The notes under the pieces were generated by a model, which was given only the letters and a program-made list of their open reading frames with translations, did not search any database and had not been told where the DNA came from. 64,000 nucleotides of DNA, taken from positions 150,846,001 through 150,910,000 of the forward strand of contig OZ024742.1 in the NCBI GenBank assembly GCA_964016885.1, given 5' to 3'. Positions 62,816 to 64,000 of this stretch are shown here, in pieces (within the stretch, counting starts at the first letter, position 1; each line of letters starts with the position of its first letter). The position numbers and the translations under genes are program-made. The DNA comes from Eledone cirrhosa (lineage: Eukaryota).

Positions 62816-62937
62816 CCAGACGATCGTTTCGTTATAAGATTTCTACAGTTTGAGATAAATAATGTCCAGGTTATGTAGAAACTTGTATATTATCCATAGT
62901 CTTATACACAAGCGGGCTCTTATAAACTCATCAGTGG
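62816..62937 (-). ncRNA. Type I hammerhead ribozyme with an extended, branched stem II
   Basis: Minus strand reads CCA-CUGAUGA-GUUUAUAAGA-(insert)-UCUUAUAAC-GAAAC-GAUC-GUC-UGG: all core nucleotides, stems I, II and III, and a GUC cleavage triplet. Confidence 0.85.
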
Positions 62938-63334
62938 CTGCCCAAATAATATCGATATAAAAATTACATCGACATTAATAAATTAGTGATGGTCTCCTTC
63001 AGCGCTAAAGAGACTGCTAGATTCGAAAGGCCAGCAGTCCTTATAAAGATAAGATACACGCTGCCCTCAAGAGGGTAAGGGGAGGGAGGTCATCTTAAAA
63101 TATAAAACAATATACACGCTGGTCATTTAAACCTGTTAGGTATTATAACCACGTGTTTAAGAACTCAATTGGATATTAAAAGAATAAATATATGTATACA
63201 CGATCGATGCACACATAGAGATATTAAAATATAATAAATACATGTATGGACCACCTACACACACACATATATATATATATATACATATCTATATACACAC
63301 ACATATATACGTATGTGTTATATCGAATATTAAT

Positions 63335-63495
63335 AATTGTTTCTACTTTTGACACAAGGCCAGCAATTATCCAGTACATTACTGGTATTTTATTTTATCG
63401 ACCCCGTAAGGATGAAAGGCAAAGTAAACCTCGGCGGGATTTGAACTCAGACTGAAAAGCATGACTCTCTACCGATATTGCCAATGCACCGCCAT
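63335..63495 (-). mobile_element. tRNA-derived SINE, family A
   Basis: Reverse complement of the 16263-type SINE (gggatttgaactcag, atcgaccccgtaaggatgaaaggcaaag); further diverged copies near 6700, 25800, 27300, 57360, 58190 and 58410. Confidence 0.8.
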
Positions 63496-64000
63496 ATCGA
63501 ACATTAATAATAATGTTTGATTCATTTGTACACAAACGGCCCGATTTGAAGCTGTGCCACGTCAATGACCAATCGTCACCTGTTTGTTCAACACTGGCTT
63601 CGAGGAACAATCAACATTTTTCTGGGTCACAACCATTCATCAGGAGTGTATACCTCTGCCAGTATGTTGAACGGTTGAAAATATATAGTATTTTCTTAAG
63701 TACACATCGGCTGAGTAGCCTCATTTGCATACCGAGCAGTTTAAGGCTGGCCTTAAATATAATTATAATTTTATTTCTCGCCCTAGCACAGCTGATACAT
63801 AAATGACACAAATTTAAGTATACACACGTACAGACAGACACATACACACATATATATAAAATTGCAATATATACACTGTCTAGGAACTTTCTTAAACCGG
63901 CCACCCGACTAAGGAAACTTATTCAAACTTATTCAAACGTTAAAACTATCCTCAAAACAGAGTACTCAGAATCTCTAGCTTGATTACCTTAAACGGTACC

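Noticed and set aside
63610-63650. Second hammerhead-like CUGAUGA...GAAA on the minus strand
   Set aside because: Stem II lacks the closing pair next to the core, and no convincing stem III, cleavage triplet or stem I.

Overview
Eukaryotic, AT-rich, microsatellite-dense genomic DNA, not prokaryotic. The repeat complement (RTE LINEs with GAT tails, tRNA-derived SINEs, TTAA MITEs) suggests a mollusc, probably an octopus-like cephalopod; this is inference. The window holds 16 GT-AG coding exons (8961-46915, + strand, 2078 nt, phases consistent throughout) of a LARGE1/2 xylosyl-/glucuronyltransferase. Its N-terminal transmembrane exon(s) were not located. Introns and the 3' flank contain three long RTE LINE copies carrying an internal PHD-type finger, an antisense RTE copy, Expander-like RTE, CR1 and CRE-like fragments, a TIR-bounded rosa-like Tc1/mariner, a decayed piggyBac, MITEs and SINEs. 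Four non-coding signals stand out: (1) a complete type I hammerhead ribozyme core on the minus strand at 62816-62937 whose stem II carries an unusual branched insert; (2) a 605-bp non-autonomous RTE-derived element in two copies, whose 5' RNA structure shows compensatory base changes in a third, diverged copy; (3) a perfect 41-bp intronic hairpin; (4) a variable-copy ~48-nt hairpin unit array in RTE/SINE 3' ends.
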